Part shown: piece after piece, positions 23,814 through 37,769 of the stretch
Position numbering within the stretch: the stretch's first letter is position 1
How the letters are laid out: each line of letters starts with the position of its first letter
DNA from: Macrostomum lignano
Lineage: Eukaryota
DNA length: 64,000 nt
Assembly (NCBI GenBank): GCA_002269645.1
Contig: NIVC01001902.1
Coordinates: forward strand, 82,893-146,892
Direction of reading: 5' to 3'
Translations under genes and position numbers: made by a program
The notes under the pieces: model-generated
What the model was told of the DNA's origin: nothing
Seen by the model: the letters and a program-made list of their open reading frames with translations, nothing else
Databases searched by the model: none

Positions 23814-26751
23814 CGAGTTTTAGATTCTTAATAATAATCTGGTCAGCAGATTTAACAACTGTAACTGCAATTTATCAGTTTATAGTTTATCAGCAACAAT
23901 TAGTGAAACACAAGTCGAAGACATTCAACAGAGTCTGCAATTAATTAACCAAGGTAGATACAGTCATTAAGCCAAGTTGACTGTGGCATATTACTACTTA
24001 AAGCATAAGCCTACCTAAGAAAGTTACCATTTAGAACTCGGAAAAAAATGAAATCACAGGTTATTTAAATTATGAAGTAACTCGTAAAAAAAGCAAAATG
24101 TGTATTTTCTCACACTGGTATATAATATGTGCCAAAAACTGGCCAACCTGACTAAAAGCTTAAATAAGTAAAATTGGCTAAAGTGAAATTTAGAGGTTGG
24201 GCATTTATGCAATGGTAGGCCCTATAGCTAAAATCTAGGCTTTTATATGGGCTTTAACTACCTTTTTATAATGAAAATGTATACAGTCAAGTAAAGCTAG
24301 TTTTTTCTTTCTTTATTGTAGAAAAGCAAAAAGGTGAATTTTATTTTTTTTAAATATAACTTTATAAAATAATAATATATTATTTTTCAATTTTTAAAGT
24401 GAGCTAAATAGTAGATATTGCTCCTTCTAGAGCATTATGGACATACAAATATTAGAGATTTAGTATATTTAGATTATATAGGATCCTGAGCCCAATCCCA
24501 AAGTTTCAAGATCCAAGGAAAATTGGATTCCCATGGGATTAGAATCCTAACCCTAAAAAATAGGAATTGAGAATATATATTTTGATTGAAAATTTACAAA
24601 ATGAGTGATTACCTGAATGCATTTTGTTTTAACTTATTACTTGTTACTTTTGTTACTTATGTGTATTAGTTCTTATAGTAGTCAATTAATATTATATCTG
24701 TTATTGTGTCTCTTCTTTACAACTTGAAATGAGGGACTTATTAACTATTGTTGGTATACTAAAACCTGATCTGATCCCAATCCCCAAACCCTATTCAGTC
24801 CTTAACCTAAGAAAAAAAATATTGATCCTAATCCCACCCAATGTCAATGATTTCAATCCCATCTAACCTCTATTATATAGCCTTTTAGGCTAGCTGGTTA
24901 GACTAGCCAAATGATATTTGTAGCAATAAAACCTTGGCCTTGGCTGGTTTTATGTACACCATAACTAACCATGGGATTTTTAAGCATATTGCATATATTA
25001 TCCACACTATTAGATTATATGGCCAAGATATTTAATAAGGCTGTTATACTTCTATAGAAGTATAGATAGATATAAAAGTCTATTATATCTTGGGTAATTG
25101 GTATAAAGTTATTTTATAATCTTTTAACTTTAAAGACTTCTTGGATACGATAGATTTATAGGATATATAAAATGAAAATTAATTGAATTTTAATATTTTA
25201 ACTGAGAAGATCTATGAACATCAATAGAGTAAATTGTAATAGAGTTGAAATATAATAGGCTTCATTTATACTCTTAGAAAATTCATTTTTTTACTAATTT
25301 GTTATGCTATTCAAATATTAAAAATAGTTTGTATATTCTAAATATTATCATATATTTTCTCTTTAAACAGTAAAGAAAATTTTATTATGAATAAGAATAG
25401 CAGAAAAAATCAAATAAACATGACCATGCTTTTATAACTTAAACTAAGTTTTAATTGAGCTTTGAGCTTTTTAATATCTCTCCAACAATTTTAATTTGGA
25501 GACAAAATTTATAATTAGCCCTAAGGCTAGTGGTTATTCTTGTGTTATATATTTTTAAATAATAGATTAGAATCTAGATGGTAACATAATAATAGTAATA
25601 GCCTTAAAGACAAAGAGAATAAACTATTGAGAATAAGATTTCTAAATTTAGAAGCCTTATAAATGTATAATTATTTTATTTGTAGTTCACAAATAAAAGT
25701 TTTGCAAAAATGCTAAGAAAAATAAGTTTTGTTTTATTGCTTGAATAAATACATTAATTATTGTTTTGTTTTAAATGTATAGGAAAATTTGCCTATATAA
25801 AAAAACAAATTTTGCTATGAAATAAACAACCATCTTGCACCCTTGCATAGCTTGACTGCTTGAAGCACTTGGTTCACTATTATTACTCAGAAATTTGGGA
25901 GAGTTAAGAATGACTTAGTCATTTGGGGAAAGGATTCTAAGAAAAGGTTCAAGGAAGTTATAAAAAAGATATTTTGGAAAGCAATACTTAAGAGTAGTGC
26001 CATGACCCTCTGATCTTGGTGAAGCCCAATTGGACTAACTCATGTACTAGTCTATACCATATATGATGTAGTGCAGTAGTACAGAACTATAAAAAGGTCC
26101 TTTAATATTGCAATGCCTCATGGGCCCTGCATGTAAAGCATAACTGCTAGTTGCACACCATGCGCAACTTCCATGGCAGCTGAAAAATGTTCCCATGCAG
26201 CCGGCATATCTACAAGACTTATGGCTTAAACAAAACTTTGTTAATAGTTTGAGATAATAAAACTTGGATTAATTTATATGAAAGTGACTTGCTTTATTTA
26301 AGAGATACAATAAAATATATTAAAATATACACAGCATACCATTGTAGGCGGCGTAGGCCTATATAAACTATTATACCCTAATATTTTAATACACTATTCT
26401 TTTGTATCCGGATACTCAACTATAAGGCAAAAAATTAAAAGATGAACAATGGGTCTAACTCTTAGTCTTAGGTCTATCTATCCAGGATAGAATCTTTGCA
26501 TAGAGATGTTGGAACTAAAAAGTTGCATGAATTTTTTACCTTAATACAAAATCATGCAAGCTTCTTTAACAAATAAAAGCTATGCATATATAAACCTTTA
26601 ATTGAAGAGTTATGCAAGTTTGCTAGAAATGTGTGCAAGTGCACAAGCTTTTGTCAATGCACACAGAACACATCTAAGATTTTGTACAAAATTCCATCCT
26701 GGTATTTTATCAAAAGTATGCCTATACGGCTAAAGGCTATATTATATATAT

Positions 26752-27527
26752 GGTTCCTGGACACTTTGTCATCTTACCATTTCGTCATCCATGGTTTTTG
26801 GATGCTTTGTCATATCAAAAAAAATGTTAGTAAATCTAGATGACGAAGTGACCAAATTTTGAGGACACTTCGTCATCCCAAGATTTAGCAACGCTGTAAA
26901 TTGTTATTTGATTGTTATTGTTATAAATTGTTACTCAATCATATTAGTCAATTTTGTCTGTTGTCGCTATAATTGGTATCCAATGTACACAATGTATATG
27001 CAGTTTGCATACGCACACTTTAATGTACAAGTACATACGTAGATACTAGTGCTCATTGTAATTTTGTTCTATGTTCAAACTTGCCAAGCTCTAATAATTA
27101 TTTTTGCTTCCTTGCTAAAGCCTAAAATTGGCATTATCACTTCTACAACCCAGGGGAGGCAACAAAGTATGTGGCCATGGATTTCTCCTTGCTCCACCTG
27201 CAGAGACTTAACTAGGCCTAACCCTTGAATCACAACCCCATACAATCTGAGCTAGAGTGATGTTACGTAATGGATTTCTCCTTGCTCCATCCTCCATGTA
27301 TATGGATAGGGGCCTACATGTATAATGTTTAATATTTATCTTTATATAGTTATGTAGTTGCATGTACGAGTATACATGTTACATATAGCAAAGTTTTTCA
27401 TACAAAAAGTGGATGACGAAGTGTCCAGGGAGTAGATGACGAAGTGTCCAAATTAGTAAGTAGATGACGAAGTGGTAAGATGACGAAATGTCAAATAATA
27501 AGAGTGGATGACGAAGTGTCCAGGAAC
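26752..27527. mobile_element. Non-autonomous TIR element (MULE-like MITE) with subterminal GATGACGAAGTG repeats
   Basis: Ends GGTTCCTGGACACTT / AAGTGTCCAGGAACC; flanked by ATATATAT on both sides. Confidence 0.75.
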
Positions 27528-28564
27528 CATATATATAACAGATGGAATCCTACATACAATTTCCAGAATATATTTTTGAAATGTAGGCCTTATTTTTCGA
27601 AGTTTCCTGTCTTTATACTTGAGTAGTCCTTACTATCAACGTACCCAGGCCAGGCTCAAGACAACAAGATGGTCCTGATCTGATCTCAGTGATCTTTAAT
27701 AAGTCCAAAAAGTAAGTTAATATTAATCAATTAATGTAGGCCTAGATATATTATAGATCTAGGCAATATACCAACCAAGCCATCGATCTATTCATCTATT
27801 CAAGGACTTCGATTTAGATTATTTGTTTAAAAGCAATGAAATTAAAATCTATGCCTTTATAGGCTTTTTAATAGGCTTATAGCCTTTTTATCATGCAAAT
27901 GCAACTGTGCAAGGCGAAGGTTTTCTTAGAATAAAGGTAAAGAATTCGGTATCCAGTCCATCCGGCGACAGGACGATCCGGTGGGGTCGTTCTCAAAACT
28001 TCGGTTCAATGTAGTATAACAAATCTCAGCAACTTATTAAAATATTGCACTGTCCTGCGACTTTTTAGGAAGTGTTTGTTAACAAAAATAAATAAAAGCA
28101 AAGGTTTTATACGGGAAAAATCTAATAAAGAAGCTGTTATCAGCTTTAATATGCCAAATTGAAGTTATCGCGCTGTCAAATCATACGTTTTTGTGAATGA
28201 AGCCAATCAAGTTTTTGCAAAAAGAGTCAATTTTCTTAGCCACAGCAAAAACTTTTGCAGCAATTGTATTTTTAAGAAGTAATGCACATCCTAAATATCC
28301 ATTTGGTTCCTTTTCACTGCTTAAGTTGGCTAAATAACATTAAAAATTACGAATTTGTAAATTTCCAAATTCAGACAGCATGTGATAAACCGGTTGATAA
28401 ATTAATGGAAACGAATCTTCATTGAAAATATTTTTATTAGTGAAAGCATTAGTTCAAACATTTATGCTTTCAGCCTTATTTAAAGTATAGTCTAGTGTTT
28501 AGAAAGCCTTTCATTAAAAAGTATTTTGATAATTTACAAAAATATCCACTATCAGAGAGCACAG

Positions 28565-29180
28565 TTTTCATTCTATAAGTGCACTATAACTCAGACCTCG
28601 AAAATCATTTGAAAACAAAACTTCACACACATAAGGCACCCATCCTGAGGTGGTGCAAAAGTAATAATTTTAAAAAAATTGAATAACCGTATTGGTATAG
28701 TAAGCAATAATGTCAATATTTAAGCATTTTTTTCATAAATTTAGTCTATAAGTGCAGTATAACTCAGACTTGGACAAACAAATCAAGACAAAACTTCACA
28801 CACATAAAGCATCCATCCTAAGGTGGTGCAAAAATCCACATTTTCTAAAATTTGAATAATTGTATGGGTATAGTAAGCAATAATGTCAATATTTAAGCAT
28901 TTTTTCATAAATTTAGTCTATAAGTGCAGTATAACTCAGACTTGGACAAACAAATCAAGACAAAACTTCACACACATAAAGCATCCATCCTAAGGTGGTG
29001 CAAAAGTTATACTGTTTTAAATTGTGAATAAGTATCTGGGTAATAATAAGCAATAATGTCAATATTTAGGCTTTTTTTATTAATTTTGTCTATAAGTGCA
29101 GTATAACTCAGGCTTGGAGAACTAAATCAAGACAAAACTTCACACACAAAGAACCCACCCTAAGGTGGTGCAAAAGCTAT
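28565..29180. repeat. ~172-bp tandem repeat, ~3.5 copies, inside the Sola2-like element
   Basis: CTATAAGTGCA recurs at 28573, 28746, 28918 and 29090. Confidence 0.9.
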
Positions 29181-29473
29181 AATATTTTGTATTTTTAAGA
29201 TGCAATTGTGTATAAGAAGTATAAATAATATCATTATTTAGGGATTTTTTAGATTTTTCAATGTGAAAAAAAGTCAGATTGTACAACTCTTTTAGTAACA
29301 GGACTTCTCTCGCATAAAATAGCTAATCTTGAAGCTTTAAATTCAAAATGATCTGCACGGTTTCTGTTTTCATTTAAGTTTATATTATGTTGGTGTTCTT
29401 TAATAAACTATCTGTGCACATACCCCCTGGTATGTGATTCGTTATCTTTTTAAGTAGCCTCTGTAAATATTTT

Positions 29474-29687
29474 GGGACGCTAGATTTCGCGCGACTGGAT
29501 TTCACGTGATTGGATTTCGCGTGACTGGATTTCACGTGATTGGATTTCGCGTGACTGGATTTCACACGACTGAATTTAAATACATTTACAACAACAAATA
29601 CTTCCATCTAAACCTTCTAGTCTAACTCGAATCCAGTCGCGCGAAATCCAGTCGCTCGTAATCCAGTCCCGCAATTTCTAGCGTCCC
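29474..29687. mobile_element. 214-bp MULE-like MITE nested in the Sola2-like element
   Basis: TIR GGGACGCTAGA / TCTAGCGTCCC; inverted GACTGGATTTCGC repeats; ~10-bp imperfect TSD taaatatttt / aatatatttt. Confidence 0.75.
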
Positions 29688-29804
29688 AATATATTTTAAA
29701 ACTCATTCAATGATGATCTCCAGCAGGAAATAGAAGGAAAATAGGAGAGAAAATCAGGCAACCAGCACTTTCAGATAAGAATATGGGGGATCCCGCACGA
29801 TTTA

Positions 29805-30200
29805 AGCTAGAGGCGGCAATCCTGCGGACCAAATAAGGCCCTCAAAGCCCTCGGGTTCTTTAAAACTTCACAATAGAAATCCGGCCCGCTCAAGTTTTGT
29901 GTCTCTTTTCAGCTCTCTTCTCTCCTCTCTTCTTCTCTCCTCTCCTTTCCTCTCACCTCTCTCTCCTCTCCTCTCCTCTCTCCCCTTCTCTCCCTTCTCT
30001 CTTCTCTCGTCGCCTCTCCTCTCGTCTTCTCTCCTCTCCCTTTTCTTTCTTCTCCTCTCCTCTCCTTTCCTCCTCTCTTTTTCTTCTTCCTTCTCTACTC
30101 TCTCCTCTCCTAATTCATTTCTCTTCTCTTCACCTCTCTTCTCCTTTATTCCCTTGCCTCTGCTTTCTCTCAGCATTGCGTGCAACATTGTGTGCAGCAT
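29805..30200 (+). mobile_element. Third, truncated and degenerate copy of the hAT MITE with CT-rich interior
   Basis: GCCCTCGGGTTCTTTAAAACTT...ATCCGGCCCGCTCAAGTTTTGTGTCTC matches the copies at 7940 and 15574. Confidence 0.6.
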
Positions 30201-33200
30201 TCTGCTCGTTCAATGGAAGAGAAATGACTTGAAATAATTTTATATACAATCGGTGGATGATGATGTGGAGCAGCTTCTCCCAGATTACAGTCCAGTCCTG
30301 CAAGATTTTATATAAACCAGACCTAAGCTCCGAGCTAAGAACGGAAAACTGTAGATTGAGATTGACTATCTGCAAAATGGATTTATATGGTGCCAGTAAT
30401 GTAAGTTCCCATTATTCTGACACATGAAAAACTACGATTACTCCTAATGCACAACTGCAATGAAATTGCCATGTTGTCGCTTCTAAACGTATATATATCT
30501 CATAAAATATGCCACATTATGAATTCACCAACCATGTTGGTAATTTTGGCATTAAATTTAATCTTAGAAGCATTGTGATCATTTTTAAATCAAATTTTAA
30601 TCAGTATTGGTGCTTCTTATTGAGCATATAAATGTATCTGAAATACAATTTGAAAATTCTGGTTGAGGCGATTTTTGACACGCGAATTTTTTCAGTTTTC
30701 AGCCTTTTATTATACAAAATACTTTACAAATACATTACAATTGGTTTTTAATTGAGTTTCTCATTCAATTTTACCTAATTTAAATCGAAATTGCTACTTA
30801 CCAAATTGATACCTGCAATAAGATATATTTAAAAGAGCATAATATATCATATTGAAAGTCAGTATGAGAGTTGAGGTATAAGTGTTTTAATTTTTCCTCA
30901 ATTTTCCATATAAATCTGGCTGCAATATCAGTAATAAATATTGATATCCTGAGAAATCTTATATTGCTTAGAAATGAAAACTTATATTTAGATTGCTTGT
31001 TTCAGCTACCAGTAATGATAAGCTATTTATTTAAACGATGTAACCCTTTGGACTCTTTCAGTAAATTCAATTCAGTTAATGGAATTCCCGTATTGATTTA
31101 TTAGTTATGATAATGATTATTATGACAGTTAAGATGTTTTATTTCTACTTTCAAAGAAATAGAAGAAAGAAGAAGAAAGCAAGAAACAAATAAGCAAGCA
31201 CAAAGAAAATCTACGGACTAATAGCTTAAATTTTTTATACATCGCGTAGCCGTAGCGTGGTATTGTAGCTGAGCGCAATAAATAATGTCAATTAATTCTC
31301 CGTTTAGGAAGTCAAAATCATTCGGTGTAATCAAAATTTAACATATTAACAAATACGCAGTCTTATTTAATCGAAAAAAGACATTAGTTAAATGCTAGTT
31401 TAGTCGTACTATATCTTTATGTTTTTAAGTAAAAATATTTTCTCTAAATATTATATTTAGCATATAAAAATTAGTCTCGTAATTTTCTGACGGTGCAAAT
31501 AAACAAATCAGCTTCTGATTGTAAAATAAAGTGTTTTCTCTGCTTTTATCCATGTTTTCGCAATATATCATCACTACTCTTGTGTTTAACATCGCTGGTT
31601 AACTGATTCCTTTAGAAAAATATTATTTTCACTACTAGTGTCCCAAGTTTTGAGAACGACCCGGTGACAGTCAAAACGGCGACAGTCAATCCGGCGACAA
31701 TTTGTAGTAAAAAGCTATTACATGAAAACCGGCTATTGCTATTTAAACAGATTAAAGAGAGCTTTGATTGTTATAATTATTATAATTGTTGTTAACTTTT
31801 TTTATTAGAAAAGACCCTTATTATAATGTATGCATAAAAGCTGTATTTATACAACTCCGAGTTCATTGGAATTTATTGGGTTCAAAATGCGCGGATTTGG
31901 ATCAACTATCAACAGCTTGTTTTCTTAAAATGATGATACATGTACATGTATTGCTTTAAAAATGGGGAACAGCATTAAATAGATGCGTTCTTTTATCCTA
32001 TATACTAAAAATGAACTTCGTTAGTTGACCGACTTATATAGGCTCATTTATATAGGCCTACCCATAAAAACATAGAAAAGCAAATAGAAAATAGGGTCTA
32101 TTTATTTGATTTGACTTTTATATCTAAAATGTAGTTTTTATATTTGGTTTTGACATTTTTATATTGATTAGGCCTAAGGACTGTCTCTGGAATAATAGCT
32201 AGGGCCTAATATTTATTTGTTTATAGTTATTTCTCTACTTTCTTGAGTATCCATTTTACTTACACATAGTTTTACTCTTGATATGGTCATAAAAAGGTGT
32301 CTCTTTTAGTTTTGTCTTATGATCTCCTTTATACAATCTCATTTAAATGATTGTAGAATGAAAAGTGAATATAAAGGCTCCATTTTTGGTTTTGCATGCA
32401 ATAGGTACCATTTTTTGCTTGATATATTGTTTGCAATGAAACAAGAAATAGGCCTACAATTACTATATTACATCTTTTGATAAATTATGTTGCCTTTTTC
32501 ATCATTTTAATAGGGATCATAATATAAAACTAAATACAAGTATAATTAGGCATTAAAAGATGAAAGAATAACAATTTTATTATCAAAAGATCTCTTGAAT
32601 TTTAAAATGTTGTTTTTAAATTGACTATTTTTCTTGGACTCAACTCAATTACAAGAAAAGAATTATTGCACTTCATGAGTAAAGATTATTGCACTAGATG
32701 AAAAAAGATTATTGCAATACTTGAGAAATAGATTATTTCACTAGCTTAGAAAGGAGTTATTATTATTACTCTAGCTAAGGAAATTATTGCAATAGCCTGC
32801 TATCTAGGACATTCTTGCTATTTAGGAGAGGGGTTTCTATCTAGGTATGCTTGCTCAAGAGGATTGTTGAGATGTCAAGGTTTATTGTGTAAAATTGTTG
32901 AGACATCAAGGCTTACTCTGGGGGGGGATTGCTGAAAGTTCAAGGCTTAGGGGGATTGCTAAGAGGTCAAGGCATATAATGGGATTGCTTAGATGTCAAG
33001 GTAAATAGGTTTCACAAATAATTTTTGTCCCTTGCTAAAAAACATCAATTTTGCAACCTTTACTATTTATACTGACTAGATATTTAATTGAAAGATTTTA
33101 AACATGTTCAAGTGTGCAGGCATGTTGATTGATTTTGCCATCTATAAGCCATACATTGATCCACATTTTCTCTAATAAGGAGTTCAATAGCAGGACATTT

Positions 33201-33358
33201 ACTATGTGTGCGAATTGTGTACAAATTGTCAAATATTGACAACAAAATTTCTCTGGGAAAAAAACTTGCCAGAACACACTTGGGGGGATCTCATAGACCC
33301 CATTGAACATTTTTTGCCTTTTACAACTATATATGTGTTCCTGCAAGCTGCCGACTCA

Positions 33359-33616
33359 ATGAACCAACAGCAGCAATTGTCTGAGCTGCCTCAGTCACTG
33401 CAACTGCAGCATCAGCAGCATCAGCATCAAGACGATGAGTCTTTATCCCACTCATCCTCTCCATCTCAAGCAATCCGGACTGCTCAATCATCAACCTCAA
33501 CAAGTGGCAGATCATCATCCAAGGGTAGCGGTGGCGGTGGCGGATTAAAAGCACTAAAACCGCCAGACAGACCACTGATGCCCTACATGCGATATAGCCA
33601 GCGGGTTTGGGATCAG
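33359..33616 (+). CDS. SMARCE1: SMARCE1/BAF57-like HMG-box protein, coding exon 1
   Basis: [20 protein letters not shown] vs human [20 protein letters not shown]; donor GTGAGC at 33617. Confidence 0.88.
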
Positions 33617-33667
33617 GTGAGCCAAGTATTTTAGTATTTGACACTCAGATTAAAGTCAGTTTTAGTA

Positions 33668-34376
33668 GCACATGATTATAATCCCAAATGAATTAGTACA
33701 TGATTATATTCCCAAATGAATTAGTACATGATTATATTCCCAAATGAATTAGTACATGATTATATTTCCAAATGTATTAGTACATGATTATATTCCCAAA
33801 TGAATTAGTACATGATTATATTCCCAAATGAATTAGTACATGATTATATTCCCAAATGAATTAGTACATGATTATATTCCCAAATGAATTAGTACATGAT
33901 TATATTTCCAAATGAATTAGTACATGATTATAATCCCAAATGAATTAGTACATGATTATATTTCCAAATGAATTAGTACATGATTATAATCCCAAATGAA
34001 TTAGTACATGATTATATTCCCAAATGAATTAGTACATGATTATGTTCCCAAATGAATTAGTACATGATTATATTCCCAAATGTATTAGTACATGATTATA
34101 TTTCCAAATGTATTAGTACATGATTATGTTCCCAAATGTATTAGTACATGATTATATTTCCAAATGTATTGGTACATGATTATATTTCCAAATGTATTGG
34201 TACATGATTATATTTCCAAATGTATTAGTACATGATTATATTTCCAAATGTATTGGTACATGATTATATTCCCAAATGTATTAGTACATGATTATATTCC
34301 CAAATGTATTAGTACATGATTATATTCCCAAATGTATTAGTACATGATTATATTCCCAAATGTATTAGTACATGAT
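33668..34376. repeat. Intronic 28-bp minisatellite (GTACATGATTATATTCCCAAATGAATTA)
   Basis: Period of 28 measured. Confidence 0.97.
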
Positions 34377-34534
34377 GGCCTTGATGGAGTGATGGAGTTG
34401 TGAGATGATGGAGTTGTGAGATGGCCTTGTTGAAGACAATCTAACCACGCTACCCAGTACTGACTGTACATTCCCACACATCAGCCCAAGTCACGTGTTG
34501 ACATCCTGACCTCCCTACCAACCCCTAAAACCAG

Positions 34535-34849
34535 GTGAAGCAGTCCAATCCTGGCCTGAAATTCTGGGAGGTCGGCCAGGTGATTGGCCGGATGTGGCGG
34601 GAACTGGACGAAGACTCCAAACAGCAGCTGGCTGCCGAATACGCTGCAGACAAGGCCGCCCACGCAGAGGCCATGGAGCGGTATCGGCAGTCGCCCGAGT
34701 ACCAGGCCTGGCTGGCTGCCAAAGAGCGCGAGAAGCAACTATTCGAGCAGCAACAACAGGAGGAGCAGTTGCGGCAGCAGCAACAGCAGCGTCAATCGTT
34801 AAAAGAGATTTTAGACGCGGCGGATACTTTGCCACTGCCCAGCGGCCCG
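34535..34849 (+). CDS. SMARCE1: SMARCE1/BAF57-like, exon 2 (HMG box)
   Basis: VKQSNPGLKFWEVGQVIGRMWREL...YRQSPEYQAWLAAK; acceptor ccag and donor GTTAGT, phase 0. Confidence 0.9.
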
Positions 34850-35014
34850 GTTAGTGTCGGATTACGAGCTAGTTATCTCGCGCTGTTTTAAATTCAAAAT
34901 TGTTTATTTTTCTAGGAAACAACATGCTCTTTAATATTTAGTAATCGCCTCTCTCTTTCAAAAAAATGTGTGTTCATTTCTTTCAAGGATTCCGTTGTAC
35001 ATTAATGAATCTGT

Positions 35015-35335
35015 GTCATCGATTTCTTGGAATAAGCTATCGATTTCTTGGATAATCTATTGATTTCTTGAAATAAGCTATCGATTTCCTAAAATAAGCT
35101 ATCCATTTCTTGGAATAAGCTATCGATTTCCTAAAATAAGCTATCGATTTCTTGAAATAAGCTATCGATATTTTGAATAAAGCTATCGATATTTTGAATA
35201 AAGCTATCGTTTTCTTGGAATAAACTATCGATTTCTTGGAATAAGCTATCATTTCTTGGAATAAGCTATCGATTTCTTGGAATAAGCTATCGATTTTTTG
35301 GGGAAAACTATCGATTTCTTGGAATTATCTGTCGA
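35015..35335. repeat. Intronic 21-bp minisatellite (TTCTTGGAATAAGCTATCGAT)
   Basis: Direct reading. Confidence 0.93.
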
Positions 35336-35416
35336 TTTCTGTGAAATCATTCATTCTTTTAATTTCTTCCTCCAGCTAAACTTAATGCAACTCGATGCTT
35401 ATAATGTTACTTTCAG

Positions 35417-36355
35417 CCCCAGCTTCATCTGCAGCTTCCTGTTCAGCAGGCGGCGTCCGTCGCTTCTGTCGCCGAGCAGCCTCCAAAAGTCGTCGCTGAC
35501 AACAAAGACCTCCTCAAACAGGAGCGCCACGTTGCCGATGGCAGCTACAAAGATTTTAACGATGATTTCGACAACAACGACGACGACGGTAGCGATGAAG
35601 CCCGCAGCATCCGACGCGAGGCGGCCAGCCGCTACCGGCGGAACCACCGCCTGCTCATGCAGCTGCTGTCGCCAGACTGTTGCCTCCCGTCGCTGCCGCC
35701 GCCGTCGCCGCAGGCTCTGCTAGCCGCAATGTCGCCGCATCGGCTTCACCAGCAGTTCCTGTTGGAGCGTCGGCTCTTGACCGCCGCGCACGAGCTGCGC
35801 CAGCTGGAGTCGGCCGGCGAGTCCCGACTGCGCCGGTTCCGCGCTCTGGCCGACGCCCACGCCGCCGCCTGGTCGGCCGTTCCTAGCGCCGTTCCTAGCG
35901 CCGATTCTGGCGCCAGCAGCGGCGGCGCCGTCCGGTTCATCGGCGAAACTGTCGGTCCGGCCAGCCCGCCGCCACCGCCGCCGCAGCCTCCGCAGCAGCC
36001 GCATCAAACCATGCCGCCGCCGCCAGCCCCGTCGTCGCAGCTGCAGTCTTCAAAAGCTTCGTCAACAACGCCGAAGCGGCAGCCGAAAGCCAAAACTGCT
36101 GCTGCTGCTGCTGTTGCCGGAGGCGGAAGCGGCCGGGCAAAACCGGGCAGGAAGCGGGCCCAGCCTCCGCCGCCGCCGCCGCCGCCTCCGCCCCAGCCGC
36201 AGCAGCAGCAGGTGCAGCTGTCGCTGTATCGACAGGCGCCGCCGTCGGTCTCTGGCCAACTGCCGGTCGCGGCTGCTCCGGCAGCTCAGCCTCTGTTCCA
36301 GTCGGGCCAGCAGCTGTTCCAGTCCACTCAGTCTGGCGTGGTGTCTCTGGCTATT

Positions 36356-36387
<32 letters not shown>

Positions 36388-36409
36388 GCAGCATTTTCAC
36401 CTACAATAG
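35417..36409 (+). CDS. SMARCE1: SMARCE1/BAF57-like, exon 3 (NHRL motif, coiled coil, polyP/polyQ tail)
   Basis: Acceptor tttcag, phase 0; ASRYRRNHRLLMQLLS matches TARFQRNHRLISEILS; open to TAG at 36409. Confidence 0.82.
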
Positions 36410-36494
36410 TCAAAGCTTTCATATCCATACTCAGATTTTATAATTTTCTCTAGATTAATTGAAAATTCAAACCATTAGTCTATCGTAGTTTTTA

Positions 36495-36533
36495 GATAGA
36501 CAGATAGATAGATAGATAGATAGATAGACAGAC

Positions 36534-36589
<56 letters not shown>

Positions 36590-36646
36590 GGATAGATATA
36601 TAGATAGATAGATAGATAGATAGATAGATGGATAGATAGATAGATG

Positions 36647-36681
<35 letters not shown>

Positions 36682-36724
36682 GGAAAGATAGATAGATAGA
36701 TAGATGGAAAGATAGATAGATAGG

Positions 36725-36785
<61 letters not shown>

Positions 36786-36786
36786 G

Positions 36787-36837
<51 letters not shown>

Positions 36838-36890
36838 GGATAGATATATAGATAGATAGATAGATAGATAGATGGATAGATAGATAGATG

Positions 36891-36945
<55 letters not shown>

Positions 36946-36946
36946 G

Positions 36947-37025
<79 letters not shown>

Positions 37026-37044
37026 GGAAAGATAGATAGATAGG

Positions 37045-37113
<69 letters not shown>

Positions 37114-37132
37114 GGAAAGATAGATAGATAGG

Positions 37133-37193
<61 letters not shown>

Positions 37194-37194
37194 G

Positions 37195-37257
<63 letters not shown>

Positions 37258-37266
37258 GGATGGATG

Positions 37267-37325
<59 letters not shown>

Positions 37326-37372
37326 GGATGGATGGATGGATAGATAGATAGATAAGTAGATAGATAGGTCGA
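36495..37372. repeat. (GATA)n microsatellite with GGAAA/GATG interruptions
   Basis: Direct reading. Confidence 0.98.
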
Positions 37373-37769
37373 CAGTTAGACAGATAAATAAACTAGAATC
37401 GAACCCATTCTAATTCCATGCGTCAATACTTCCGCTTTAGTTCATTTGCGTTTATATTTTTGAAGTTGTTAAGATTCTCTGTTTCTATTGCCAAAGAGTT
37501 CTTTGCTATTAGTTAAAATGCCTAATTCTAAATTTCTAGTTCTGAGGGTAAACTTTTGCGTTATCTTGTTTTGGCTAGCCAGTATCGATTTAATCGAATA
37601 AAACTCAGCTCACGTGCCAGCTAAAAATTTCACGTTTTAGATTCTGATTTTTGTAACACCTCACTGCAGTGCTAACAGTTACTCGATGTGGAGCTTCATG
37701 GTATCGAGATTTGTATCCATGCTAACAATTCATTACATTTGCTAATTACGATGTCACTTATTTTCTCAT

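Larger units (their letters stand above)
27984..31662. mobile_element. Sola2-like non-autonomous DNA transposon (3.68 kb)
   Basis: 18-bp perfect TIR GGGTCGTTCTCAAAACTT and 4-bp TSD GGTG; GRG termini with a 4-bp TSD are Sola2 characteristics; no transposase seen. Confidence 0.7.
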
